Positions 51,365-61,667 are shown, counted from the first letter of the stretch. The stretch: DNA of 64,000 nucleotides from Spirochaetota bacterium (GCA_963664815.2 CAXXHB010000003.1:2496001-2560000), one strand, 5' to 3'. The notes: generated by a model not told the origin, from the letters alone. Made by a program: numbers and translations.

Positions 51365-52189
51365 CTCGAGTTAGGCGTTTTTTGGACATAGCTACACCAC
51401 GAGTTTTAGTTTTTTATAAATGTCCCTCTTGGAGACACCCTTTTTATACATTATAATCACTTGATCAACGGACTCCCGCTTCTTCATTATTTTGAAATAC
51501 TGTCGAGATTTCCCAAGACTCTGTTCATTGTTAGCAACTCTCAATGATTCAAGTTTATATCCGTACTAAGGATGAACATGCTATATCCGGTTTTGTTTTA
51601 AATACTTCTCCGGATTCAGTTTCCACTTTCTCATTTAGATAAAACCGGAAATCATATGGAAAAGATATATCCCCTGATCTATAATGACTTGTCACCAAGC
51701 TGTGACCATATACCGTTCTGCCTTTTGAATGAGAATAATGCCACCCGAGACTTTCTATCTTCTTCGGTTTTCCCGGCTTCTCTATCACAGTATCATCTAT
51801 TATTAAAAAGCCTGTCCCGTTTTTCTTAGCGATACATTTTAAAAAATTCCTGTTAACTCTTAAAAGATCTTTACAGGTCCAAGCTGTATCTCTTATAAAC
51901 TTTATATCATTACTAACATCTCTTGTGTCAACCTGAATGGAGTTGATACTTGAGATTGTATGACGACCATCATATTCTATTATCCCTTTCAGCATCTTAG
52001 TAAAATGCCTCATTTGCGGTTTTGAAAAAATTTCTTTCGCCGCTGTAAAGTACTTGTCTTCTGTAATCTGTTGTTTATTTTTTTATCCATGTTAAGTCGT
52101 TTTTAAAATACTATTCATAATGGGGCTTAAAATTAATACAATTTTTTGCCCCATTATCTTTTTTCTTTTAAAAAAACGCCTAACTCAAG
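51365..52189 (-). mobile_element. IS701-like element, internally deleted, with both terminal IRs (copy 2)
   Basis: IRs CTCGAGTTAGGCGTTTTTT and AAAAAACGCCTAACTCAAG; transposase fragment 51555-52013 (FLIIDDTVIEKPG). Confidence 0.8.
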
Positions 52190-52501
52190 TAATTTTATAA
52201 GAGTAGAAGTTTCTATTGTAACAATCAAATCGATATAACTTCTTTTATACTTTTCTAAATCCAGTGGATAAATAACTTCAAAATCTCCTATTTTTTTATA
52301 TTGAGAATAATTGTTTTTCTGGACATTAACTACTGAATCGATTTTAGTTCTTTTTTCTTTATCGCTAATTATTAAATTTTTTACAATACAACCTTTAATT
52401 GACAACACATCATCTTTATAGTTCTTGCAATTTTGCGAAGAGCAATTACCTGAAACAACAATAGATAATAGAATTATTGAGATTATAATTTTTTTCTTCA
52501 T
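52190..52501 (-). pseudogene. Truncated duplicate of 43342-43854
   Basis: Near-identical up to TLIKL, then cut by the IS end at 52189. Confidence 0.85.
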
Positions 52502-52557
52502 AAGCTCCTTACATTAACCAGCCATGCTATGTATAACTATTGTAAATTTTCTTACTA

Positions 52558-53474
52558 GTCTGCCAGGTCAGGAAGCTCGCGCCTCCTTTCTCCCATAAAA
52601 ACCGTACGTGAAAGTTTTACCACAGGCACTTTCTCCGGTCGCCCTTCATACAGCTCAAGCCGTCTAAAGCTGATTATACAACCAACCGCTGTTAGCTGTT
52701 TTTATTCCCGTTTTTCTATAGTAGAAATAATCAGAATCTTCTTTTAAAAATGGGTTCCTGTCAAGACTTATCATTCTGTGCTGCACAATTTTAATGTGTC
52801 CCGCAGTAATGAGAATCTACTCATCAGAACAGAAAGTTTAAGCCCCTGTTACCTATGCGTTTTAAAGTACCGGTTTTTAAGCCATAAAGAATTTTTCATC
52901 GGGTGTCTGGAACTGCCCCATCTCCATAGAGCCTGAAAAAGAACAGTGTTGTGATTTTTAAAGAATTCCTTTTAAAACCATTCCCCGGGAGCTTTTAAGA
53001 CGTTGAATGAAATTGCCATTCACAGTCTATCCGATGATTGCATAAGTACTTCATTTATAATTATTATCAGATAATCTAATAATTGTCTGGACCCTGATTT
53101 ACCTGATTACAGGATGGTCAGGATTCACCTGCCAGTTCCGGAGACTAAATCATGATAATCTTTTAATCCTTTAATCCCGATTCAGATAGCTGTAGTATCA
53201 GGTTTTTACAAGATTTTTTGTTTTTCCGGTAAAATCACCGGATTCTTACTGCATGTTACTTCAAAGACCGTGAGAAAACTGTATTCAAATTCCTGTTATG
53301 ACTATTCTGAGTATAATCGAAGCATGTTCTGCCCCGATATCAGCGGTTTCGTCCAACAAAAGTCTTAACATAGATGCTTCCTGAATTTTAAAATTATCTG
53401 CTTAATATTTTATACATCTGATAAAGAATGACGGTTCTTTTGGGCAGCTACGTTAAGACTTCTATAAGTTGTAC
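52558..53474. mobile_element. Composite element copy H (complete form with internal insertion, 910 bp)
   Basis: Colinear with copy F; extra palindromic insert near 53041-53210; attC-like 53351-53474. Confidence 0.88.
53084..53188. repeat. REP/MITE-like imperfect palindrome nested in copy H
   Basis: TGTCTGGA..GATT repeats ... AATC repeats..TTCAGATA. Confidence 0.6.
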
Positions 53475-53908
53475 GTCGTTTGATTTTATTTTATTGACTC
53501 CATTAGAATGTAAAAATATTTACCTTCCCTAGTTTTATGTAATTGGTACCATGCTTCTAATGTTTTTTCTTTCATTACACCAATTTTTTTAAAAACTTCA
53601 TAAGAAAATTCCAATGGAGCCAATCCTGTAGCAGTTATTAAATTTTCATCAACAACTACAGGATCATTCACATAAAAATTAATTCCTGTATAATCGGAAC
53701 AAAACATTTTTAGAACCTCTTTGTCATTACTCGTATGCTTTCGATTATCCAGCAGTCCTTTTTGCGCTAATGCTATTGTAGCTCCACAAATTGCAGCGAC
53801 TACAACTTTTTTATTAATCACTTCTGCTACTATATTTAATATTTGATCTTCCCCTGATATAGTGGACATTAAGTTAAGCCGAAAATATAATAAATTTGGA
53901 GGCTTACA

Positions 53909-54199
53909 ATGTCAGAGAGAAGTAAATACAGCCCGGAATTTAAGAAAGAGGCTGTAGAATTATTAAGAACCAGCGGAAAGACATCACTTGAAATAGCGAA
54001 TGATCTTGGGATTAAAAGAGATAATCTATTGCGCTGGAATAGGGAAATTGAAACAGAGGAAAGGAATTCCGGGACAATAACAATAAATCCTCAGGATAGT
54101 GAAGAAATTAAACGACTCAAGAAGGAAATGTTGATTCTTAAGCAGGAGCGTGACATTCTAAAAAAGGCTCTGGGCATATTCTCGAAACCACAAGAATGA
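53909..54199 (+). CDS. IS3 OrfA
   Basis: KYSPEFKKEAV HTH, ERDILKKA; A-AAA-AAG slippery site near 54160. Confidence 0.93.
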   Translation: MSERSKYSPEFKKEAVELLRTSGKTSLEIANDLGIKRDNLLRWNREIETEERNSGTITINPQDSEEIKRLKKEMLILKQERDILKKALGIFSKPQE

Positions 54200-55065
54200 A
54201 ATATGAATTCATCAAGGAACAGAGTACTGAATTTCCAGTATCGAGGATATGCCAGATTATGGATGTGAGTAAAAGCGGTTATTATGCCTGGCTGAAAGCT
54301 CCAAAGAGTATAAGAGGGCTTGAAAATGAAATACTATTGGAGAGGATAAAATCATCACATGAATCAAGCGGAGAGAGCTATGGCAGCCCCAGAATTCATC
54401 AGGATTTACTTGAAGAAGGTATTTTCTGCGGAATACATAGGGTTGAGAGGCTGATGAATGTGAATGGGATTCATGCAAAGACAAAGAAAAAATTTAAGGC
54501 AACCACTGATTCGGGTCATTCTTTGCCAGTGTCTGAGAATATACTAGACAGGAATTTTACTGTTGAAGAGAAAGATAAAGTATATGTGTCAGATATAACC
54601 TATATCTGGACATTAGAAGGCTGGCTGTATTTATGTATAGTAATGGATTTATTTTCCAGAATGATAGTCGGATGGTCAATGGCAAATCATATGAGAGCTG
54701 AACTTGTTGAAGATGCTTTTAACATGGCCTGTATGAGAAGAAATCCGGGCCCTGGCCTGATATTCCATTCTGATAGAGGTAAACAATATGCCAGCAAATC
54801 CTTCAGGGAATTACTTGAATCAAAGAAATGTATTCAGAGTATGAGCAGGAATGGCAATTGCTGGGATAATGCCTGTGCTGAATCTTTATTTCATTCGATG
54901 AAAACAGAAGAATTTTATTTTAATATTTACAAAACAAGGAATGAGGCTAAGAGAAGTATCTTTAGATATATTGAAATATTTTATAACCGTAAAAGAAGGC
55001 ATTCACATCTGGGTTATAAAAGTCCGGAGATTTTTGAAAGATTAAATCTTAAAATAATGGCTTAA
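54196..55065 (+). CDS. IS3 OrfB DDE transposase
   Basis: SDITYI, FHSDRG.QY, NCWDNACAES; ATGA overlap with OrfA. Confidence 0.95.
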   Translation: MKYEFIKEQSTEFPVSRICQIMDVSKSGYYAWLKAPKSIRGLENEILLERIKSSHESSGESYGSPRIHQDLLEEGIFCGIHRVERLMNVNGIHAKTKKKFKATTDSGHSLPVSENILDRNFTVEEKDKVYVSDITYIWTLEGWLYLCIVMDLFSRMIVGWSMANHMRAELVEDAFNMACMRRNPGPGLIFHSDRGKQYASKSFRELLESKKCIQSMSRNGNCWDNACAESLFHSMKTEEFYFNIYKTRNEAKRSIFRYIEIFYNRKRRHSHLGYKSPEIFERLNLKIMA

Positions 55066-55750
55066 CAAAGTGTCCATTTTTTCGGGGGAACATCAATTTT
55101 TTGATTATTTTCATCCATCCAAGTATCGGCTCCCGGTAAAATGAGTAAGTCATTTTCCTTAAATTCAACATCAGCGACATCTTTATCTGGAGTAATAATA
55201 ATCCCTCCCATCGTTTTTATAGGTTTTAAGTTATCGCCTATTTTTATTAATGATATTTTTTCTTTGCTTTTATCTAAATATCTACCACTGTTTAATTCAG
55301 CAATTATAAATCCGATTTCCCAATCAGCTAATGTATCTAATATATACACATAGCAATTTCTACATTTGGTTTCTTTATTCATTTTTCCTCCAATAAATCC
55401 TTTCTTTATTGTCCTGGCCAATTCTTCAGCTTGAACAAAGGCTAATCCAATTATTGTTACAAACAAATAAGTTTTAGCTTCATAATTTTATTCTCAGGCG
55501 GTTTTGTTCAAGCTGTGTTATGTGCTGAAAACACGATTACAAAAAGTTTTGTGTAAGCGAAACGAATGTTGAGCTTGAATGCACTTATTTTACTATTATT
55601 CATTTTTTATTATATTCTTAATCTATTTTTTGTCTTAACTGGCAGAAACCGTTGTAATATACTCCATCATGATTTAATGGTTTGTAAGCGTCAAATTAAC
55701 CCCATCTTGAAAAAAGATCAATGATATATTACAATACCCTTCATTAAAAA

Positions 55751-56077
55751 ATGGAGGAAGAGATGAGTAAAAGAATTGAATATCAGAAACGCGATATGTC
55801 AAGCATGGAGAAACATATAGCCGCCTGGGAACAAAGCGGGATATCACAAGTTGAGTATTGCAGAGAGAATAAAATACCTCTGTCAACCTTCGGCAACTGG
55901 AAATCAAAAGTAAGTAAAAAATCTCAGAAAGAAATACCATTTATTGAACTGCAGGGGAATTTTTCATATCAGGATGAATATTTTGAATTACTGCTCGATG
56001 ATGGCATGACTTTGAGAATCCGTGAAACCATCCCTGTATCGCAATTACGAAATATCATTCTTGCCATACGGAGGTAG
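55751..56077 (+). CDS. tnpA: IS66 TnpA accessory protein
   Basis: WEQSGISQVEYCRE HTH. Confidence 0.88.
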   Translation: MEEEMSKRIEYQKRDMSSMEKHIAAWEQSGISQVEYCRENKIPLSTFGNWKSKVSKKSQKEIPFIELQGNFSYQDEYFELLLDDGMTLRIRETIPVSQLRNIILAIRR

Positions 56078-56427
56078 TGATGCTCAGTTTGCAGAGAGAA
56101 ACGAGAATATTTCTTCATCCCGGCAAAACAGATTTTCGGAAGTCAATCAATGGTTTATCCGTCTTTGTTCAGGAGCATATGAAGGAAGACCCTTTCAGCG
56201 GGAATTACTATGTGTTCTGCAACCGGACAAAAAATATGCTGAAGATATTATACTGGGACAGGAATGGTTTCTGCCTGTGGCATAAAAGGCTGGAGGAGGA
56301 TAAATTCCGCTGGCCCCGGATAGCCGAAGATGTCCATGAGATTACCCGCGAGGAATTCCGGTGGCTGTTACAGGGGCTTGACTTCTATAATGCTCATAAA
56401 ATCCGCCGTTATGCAAGCGTGATATAA
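56077..56427 (+). CDS. tnpB: IS66 TnpB accessory protein
   Basis: TDFRKSINGL, KILYWDRNGF, KRLE..KFRWP. Confidence 0.93.
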   Translation: MMLSLQRETRIFLHPGKTDFRKSINGLSVFVQEHMKEDPFSGNYYVFCNRTKNMLKILYWDRNGFCLWHKRLEEDKFRWPRIAEDVHEITREEFRWLLQGLDFYNAHKIRRYASVI

Positions 56428-56450
56428 AAATTAATTGCAATCATGAGGGC

Positions 56451-58046
56451 ATGTTATATGATGTACTCATGATTGCAATGCCCGACAACCTTCCTGATGA
56501 TGTAAACGAGCTCAAGAAAATTATTTCAAACCTGGCAAATGAATACGAAAAAGAAATTCAATATCTTAAAGAGAAAAATAAATTTTTACTTCAAAAGTTA
56601 TTCGGCCGTAAAAGCGAGAAGCTGACTCCCGATGATATTCTACAGGGCCGGTTGTTTGATGAATCAGAATTCAGCTCTGATGAGAATGAAAACGCAGAAG
56701 ATGATTCACCTGAAAAGCTAACCGTTGTTTCATCTCATACACGCCGGAAGACAGGAAAGAAACCTCTTCCGGAATCACTCCCTCGTGTTGATGTTGTACA
56801 TGATATCTCCGAAGAAGAAAAACAGTGTGCCTGCGGGTGCGAGATGAAACGCATTGGGGAAGAAGTTTCTGAAAAGCTTGATATGATTCCTGCGAAAATC
56901 CAGGTGCTTCGTCATATCCGATATAAATATGCCTGTAAAAACTGTGAAGGGAGCGAAAGTGATGAAGCTCCGGTAAAGATTGCGCCATTGCCTCCGCAGA
57001 TTATACCGCAGGGGATTGCAACACCAGGACTTGCGGCATGGGTGCTGGTGAGTAAATTCTGCGATGCGCTTCCTTTTTACCGGCAGGAAAAGCTTTTTTC
57101 CCGGATTGGTGTTGATATTTCACGAGCGACTTTTTGTAACTGGTCCATTATTACACATAGAGGCAGTGAACGGCTGCTCGAACTGATGTGGAGAGATATT
57201 CTTGCGTCTCGGCTTGTTGGCATGGATGAGACGCCGGTGCAGGTTATGAAAGAGCCAGGCCGCAAAAATACAACAAAGTCATACATGTGGCTGTTCCGGG
57301 GTGGAGAAGAAACCCGACCAATTGTGATATTCCGGTATGCTCCGACCCGGGGATCGGAATTCATAAACAGTGAATTTGCGGATTACGAAGGTGTCATCCA
57401 GACCGACGGCTATCAGGGATACAAAACTCTGGGTAAAAAAGAAAAAGTAACACATGCTGTATGCTGGGCACATGTCCGGAGAAAATTCATGGAAGCGATG
57501 AATGGCACCAGTCAGTCTTTTTCACATTCTATAGTATCGATGATAAAAACGCTTTATGATGTAGAAAAAGAAATACGTGAGAATAAATATAACCATGAAG
57601 AGATCAGACAGGTGCGCAATGATAAATCACGTCCAGTAGTGGAAAAGATAGAACAGCAATTGAAAAAGCATGTTCACAGTATTGCACCGGGAAGTCTTGC
57701 CGGTAAGGCAATCTCATACTCATTAAAGCTGTGGCCCCAGTTGTGTGTATATCTTGACAACCCTATTATTCCCATCGACAATAATCATGTTGAAAATGCA
57801 ATCCGCCCTTTTGTGGTGGGACGAAAAAACTGGCTTTTTTCCGGTAGCCCGCGCGGTGCCCATGCCAGTGCCGGATTATATAGCATAATAGAAACGGCAA
57901 AGGCAAATGGTCTTGAGCCATACTGGTATCTTAGATACCTGTTTGAAAAATTACCTGCCTGTACAAGTGATAATGAAATCCGGTCAATTATGCCGAATAG
58001 AATTGATCCTGAAGTTATCAGTAAACTCAGAGGTGGGGTTAATTAA
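56451..58046 (+). CDS. tnpC: IS66 TnpC DDE transposase
   Basis: FGRKSE, zinc finger, MDETP, QTDGY, CWAHVRRKF, IDNNHVENAIRP, GRKNWLF. Confidence 0.95.
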   Translation: MLYDVLMIAMPDNLPDDVNELKKIISNLANEYEKEIQYLKEKNKFLLQKLFGRKSEKLTPDDILQGRLFDESEFSSDENENAEDDSPEKLTVVSSHTRRKTGKKPLPESLPRVDVVHDISEEEKQCACGCEMKRIGEEVSEKLDMIPAKIQVLRHIRYKYACKNCEGSESDEAPVKIAPLPPQIIPQGIATPGLAAWVLVSKFCDALPFYRQEKLFSRIGVDISRATFCNWSIITHRGSERLLELMWRDILASRLVGMDETPVQVMKEPGRKNTTKSYMWLFRGGEETRPIVIFRYAPTRGSEFINSEFADYEGVIQTDGYQGYKTLGKKEKVTHAVCWAHVRRKFMEAMNGTSQSFSHSIVSMIKTLYDVEKEIRENKYNHEEIRQVRNDKSRPVVEKIEQQLKKHVHSIAPGSLAGKAISYSLKLWPQLCVYLDNPIIPIDNNHVENAIRPFVVGRKNWLFSGSPRGAHASAGLYSIIETAKANGLEPYWYLRYLFEKLPACTSDNEIRSIMPNRIDPEVISKLRGGVN

Positions 58047-58517
58047 GCACATACAATGGTTTTATCCCAGAAATCAGATATTTTTCGTTCTTTTTAAAAT
58101 CAATGGGAATTAAATCACATGATGTTGTTTTATAAAAAAATATAATCTTTACTGTTTTTGATTTTTCACCTTTTATTAATTCAAGAATTTCAAAAGTAAC
58201 TTCTTGTTCAGAAATATACTTCTTTTTATTTTTATCTTGGGATGTTTGTGTTTCTACTTTAATAACTTTGCCTTTAAAAACTATATCATGACGCATGACT
58301 TGTTTTATTTCATCTGGAGAATCACAAGGGCATGCGTTTAAAATGTAATTACTAAAAACTATAATTAAGATAGATAAAAAAAGCTTATAGTATTTCATTA
58401 TTAAACCATTTTCATAAATTGATTAAGTATCTATAATATACGGCCACGGATGGTCGTTGAAAATAGTCTCGCGCTTTTGTTCAACGTCTAGCTTACACGA
58501 AGTTGGCACATAGGGCC

Positions 58518-58590
58518 TCCGGTAAAATTACCGGATTTTTACTGTATGTTATTTCAAAGCGACCGGGAGAAAACGGTATTCAAATTCTAT
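58518..58590 (+). repeat. Composite element copy I (short, ends at the oriIS-like motif)
   Basis: CCGGTAAAATTACCGG...GGTATTCAAATTCTAT abutting the cyclase stop codon. Confidence 0.8.
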
Positions 58591-59906
58591 TCTTTCAAGT
58601 TGTTTATATATTTACCGAAATGTTTATCTTCTTTGAGTGTATGATTTACAACCCAGTCGATTAGCAATATCTGTATTTTGAACATTAAAAAAGTTTTACT
58701 CATTTTGCTTTCATTGATTTCGTTTTTCAATTGCTCAAATTGAACAGTAAATCTTCTATGTTGTATTTTCTGATGATCGATAAATGGATATTTATTATCA
58801 TGAAGATATTTTTCTTCAGTGGTAAAATGCTTAGAAACATAATCATCAAGAAACAAAATGAATTTTTCAATTTCAGATTTTTTATTTTCCTGGTCTACCA
58901 TATGTAAAAGTTTGATGGAGTTAGTTAATAATTCATAATGCTGCTTGTCTATTTCCTCGTTCCCAACTTCAAAATATGAACTCCATTCCAATTGCTGAGT
59001 TAATTCCTTTGTTCCTTCATGTTCTCCGGTTTTTAGGAACATTTTACATCTTTTAAGATAAACTTTTGCTGGTTGGTCATCAGGATTTAGTTTTACACAT
59101 TTATCGAGAAGTTCTTTTGCTTCTTCAATCTGTTTGAAGTGATAATATGCCAATGCTTCTTCAAACATCTGTTTCGTTTCCAGTTTTAGTTTTTTAATTT
59201 CCGGCTCATCCTGATCAAATACTTCATAGACAGACTGAGGCTGGTATTTGCCTTTAACTAATACTCTATCTATGAAACGAATACAATGTTCAGAAGCAAC
59301 CGCTATGTTTCTTAGAGTGTGTTCACTAATAAGTAATTTTACTCCATACTTTTTTGTTAAACTTTCAATTCTTGATGCAAGATTTACTGAATCACTAATT
59401 ACCGTACTTTCCATACGTGAAAAACCACCAATGGTTCCAAGCATCGCAAGGCCAGTATTAAGACCAATTCCAATGTTAATAGGTTTGTAACCGGCCCTTT
59501 TTCTACCTTCATTATAATGTTTGAGCTGCTTTAACATTAATAAAGCACAATGAAGAGCATCGTTTGCATCGTTTGGGAAAATGGCCATAATGGCATCACC
59601 GATAAATTTGTCGATTATCCCATCCTGTACATTGATTATTGGTTCCATTTGACTGAAATATGAATTAATAAAATTAAAATTTTCTTCCGGTGATAGCGTT
59701 TCTGAAAGTGTTGTAAAATCTCTAATATCAGTAAATAGAATTGTAATTTTTTTTTCTATCTGATCTCCTAGTTTCACATCGATGATATTATTCTTACCAA
59801 TTAATTTTAATAATTGATAAGGTACAAATCTATCATATGAACTGATAATCTTTTTTATAAGTTCCGGATTATTTGTAAGATCATTTTCATCTTTCATATC
59901 ATTCAC
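58587..59906 (-). CDS. Class III adenylate/guanylate cyclase with a C-terminal bacteriohemerythrin domain
   Basis: LFTDIRDFT, DKFIGDAIM, TVISDSVNLASRIE; W....VG..EIDKQH, HF..EE, H...H, H..KED. Confidence 0.9.
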   Translation of the reverse strand: MNDMKDENDLTNNPELIKKIISSYDRFVPYQLLKLIGKNNIIDVKLGDQIEKKITILFTDIRDFTTLSETLSPEENFNFINSYFSQMEPIINVQDGIIDKFIGDAIMAIFPNDANDALHCALLMLKQLKHYNEGRKRAGYKPINIGIGLNTGLAMLGTIGGFSRMESTVISDSVNLASRIESLTKKYGVKLLISEHTLRNIAVASEHCIRFIDRVLVKGKYQPQSVYEVFDQDEPEIKKLKLETKQMFEEALAYYHFKQIEEAKELLDKCVKLNPDDQPAKVYLKRCKMFLKTGEHEGTKELTQQLEWSSYFEVGNEEIDKQHYELLTNSIKLLHMVDQENKKSEIEKFILFLDDYVSKHFTTEEKYLHDNKYPFIDHQKIQHRRFTVQFEQLKNEINESKMSKTFLMFKIQILLIDWVVNHTLKEDKHFGKYINNLKE

Positions 59907-60033
59907 GGCTTATTCTCTAATTTAATATACAATGTAATTTAACTTTTTCAATAGATATGCACGTTAATTCTTTGGAAATAATTTTGATTCAGTATAGTTT
60001 TTATTATTAGCAGAATAAAAGTTAAGCACGTCG

Positions 60034-60375
60034 ATCTGCCAGGTCAGGAAGATCGCGCCTCCTTCCCCCCATAAATACCGTACGTGAAAGTTTTACCACA
60101 GGCACTTCCTTCGGTCGCCCTTTTTACGGCTCAAGCCGTCTAAAGCTGATTATACAACCAACCGCTGTTAGCATTTTTATTCCCGTTTTTTATATCAGAA
60201 ATAATCAGAATATTCTTTTAAAATGGGTTCTGCCCGATTCCAGTGGTTTCGTCCAACAAAAGTCTTAACATAGATGCTTCCTGAATTTTAAAATTATCTG
60301 CTTAATATTTTATACATCTGATAAAGATTAGCGGTTTTTTTGAGGCAACTACGTTAAGACTTCTATAAGTTATAT
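60034..60375. mobile_element. Composite element copy J (both ends, centre deleted, 335 bp)
   Basis: Intron-like end 60034-60132 fused at GTTC to the attC-like end 60251-60375; oriIS missing. Confidence 0.88.
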
Positions 60376-60617
60376 GAAGGCGGCGCGCTATACAGCAACC
60401 AGTCGCAGCAATACAAGGAAGTATTGCTGCGTTTATAAGAAACCGATTTTACCACAGAACAACATAAACATTTTTATTAATTTCATATCAACAGAAAAAG
60501 TCAATATCAATCTTGACATAGCAGGAAGTATAGAGCAATAGTTTCATATTCATAATAAAACGTGTGATGAAGAGTCATTCATTCATTCATTCATTAATAA
60601 ATATTCCGGAGGAGAAT

Positions 60618-61205
60618 ATGCATTTTAAAATAAAATCAGCAAGTTTAATTGCGGCTTTAATCATGATCTTTGGAGCAGCAGCTTTCTTTGCAAATGAAAG
60701 CAACGCGCAGGGAAAGACATACAAGATAGGGGACAAAGGCCCTGCCGGAGGCTGGGTATTTTATGACAAAGGTAATTCTGATGACGGATGGAGATATTTG
60801 GAAGCAGCACCAGTTGATCAGACTACAAAAGATGGTGCAGAATGGAGTTGCTATAAAAAATCAATACCCGGCGCACGAGGTACAGCCATAGGGACAGGTA
60901 AAAGTAATACAGAGGCTATAGTTAAAAGCTGTGGAGAAGCAAAGATAGCAGCTAAACTATGTACTGCATACAGAGGCGGCGGAAAAAGTGACTGGTTTTT
61001 GCCATCGAAAGATGAGCTTAATCTGATGTATGCAATTTTGTGTGTAAAAGGTGTTGGCAGTTTCGCTGATAACCATTATTGGAGTTCGTCGCAGAACCTT
61101 GCTGGCCTCGCGTGGTACCAGAGTTTCGGCAATGTCCTCAAGAAGGGCACCATCAGGGAGGACAACGTGCTTAGGGTTCGGGCTGTCCGGGCTTTTAACA
61201 ATTGA
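60618..61205 (+). CDS. Exported DUF1566/Lcl protein, candidate DGR target 2
   Basis: Paralog of 44129-44707 with a hypervariable C-terminus; ends RVRAVRAF. Confidence 0.85.
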   Translation: MHFKIKSASLIAALIMIFGAAAFFANESNAQGKTYKIGDKGPAGGWVFYDKGNSDDGWRYLEAAPVDQTTKDGAEWSCYKKSIPGARGTAIGTGKSNTEAIVKSCGEAKIAAKLCTAYRGGGKSDWFLPSKDELNLMYAILCVKGVGSFADNHYWSSSQNLAGLAWYQSFGNVLKKGTIREDNVLRVRAVRAFNN

Positions 61206-61346
61206 ACTATTTAACTATTTTTCTTTTCCCGCGATAGCGGATTCAAATTTTTTTTAATGGTATCCTATGGCGCTTACTGAATTCAAGGATGAATTGCAAT
61301 AAGGTACGAGCTTAAAATATCAGCAGGAAATATCCGAATACATTGA

Positions 61347-61667
61347 AGATAAGTATATCCGGAGTTTTTGAGACGTTGCATAAAATCGTCATTTACGGTC
61401 TATCCGTTGACTGGACAAATAATGATTTTACGGGATTATTATTTTCCCCGGTAAAATCACCGGATTATTACTGCATGTTATTTCAAAGAACGGGAGAAAA
61501 CGGTATTCAAATTCCTATATATACTGTTCGATCCCAGTGGTTTCGTCCAACAGAGTCTTAACATAGTTGTTGTCTGAAGATTGAAATTATCTGTTTAATA
61601 TTTTTATACCGCTGATAAAGACCAGCGGTTTTTTGGGCAGCTACGTTAAAACTTCTATAAGTTATAT
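61347..61667 (+). repeat. Composite element copy K (oriIS-like 61505-61518, attC-like 61545-61667)
   Basis: ATTCAAATTCCTATATA; ends CTATAA|GTTATAT. Confidence 0.9.

Larger units (their letters stand above)
53844..55095 (+). mobile_element. IS3 family element, complete, 3-bp target duplication ATT
   Basis: TG...CA ends; IRs TGATCTTCCCCTGATATAGTGGACA and TGTCCATTTTTTCGGGGGAACATCA; ATT at 53841-43 and 55096-98. Confidence 0.95.
53486..55382 (-). pseudogene. DJ-1/PfpI family protein interrupted by IS3
   Basis: DTLADWE, LILPGAD, AAICGAT; removing the IS and one ATT restores the frame ..DENNQK-ILNIVAE.. Confidence 0.92.
55684..58054 (+). mobile_element. IS66 family element, complete, 8-bp target duplication AATGGTTT
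   Basis: Ends GTAAGCGTCAAATTAACCCCA and TGGGGTTAATTAAGCACATAC; TSD at 55676-83 and 58055-62. Confidence 0.95.
55618..58398 (-). pseudogene. Small exported TIMP/NTR-like protein interrupted by IS66
   Basis: LNA-CPC..VFKGKV..SCD..F..NEKYLISGIKPL resumes after the IS as NHDGVYYNGFCQLRQKID*. Confidence 0.72.

Noticed and set aside
49318-53467. Intact, self-mobile group II intron
   Set aside because: No GTGCG 5' end with domains I-III and no RT core (YADD); only a frameshifted maturase tail plus DV/DVI.
53486-55466. Two separate small proteins, 53486-53869 and 55062-55466
   Set aside because: They are halves of one DJ-1/PfpI gene split by IS3; their IS-proximal ends are IS sequence.
41570-61240. 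Complete DGR locus
   Set aside because: No RT, avd or non-coding template repeat seen. The 41570-42475 paralog lacks the shared IMH-like sequence and is not called a target.
38276-61561. Similar short ORFs at 38276, 44844/44869, 48348 and 61343 that look like a paralogous protein family
   Set aside because: They are readings of the non-coding repeat; frames, starts and stops are not conserved between copies.
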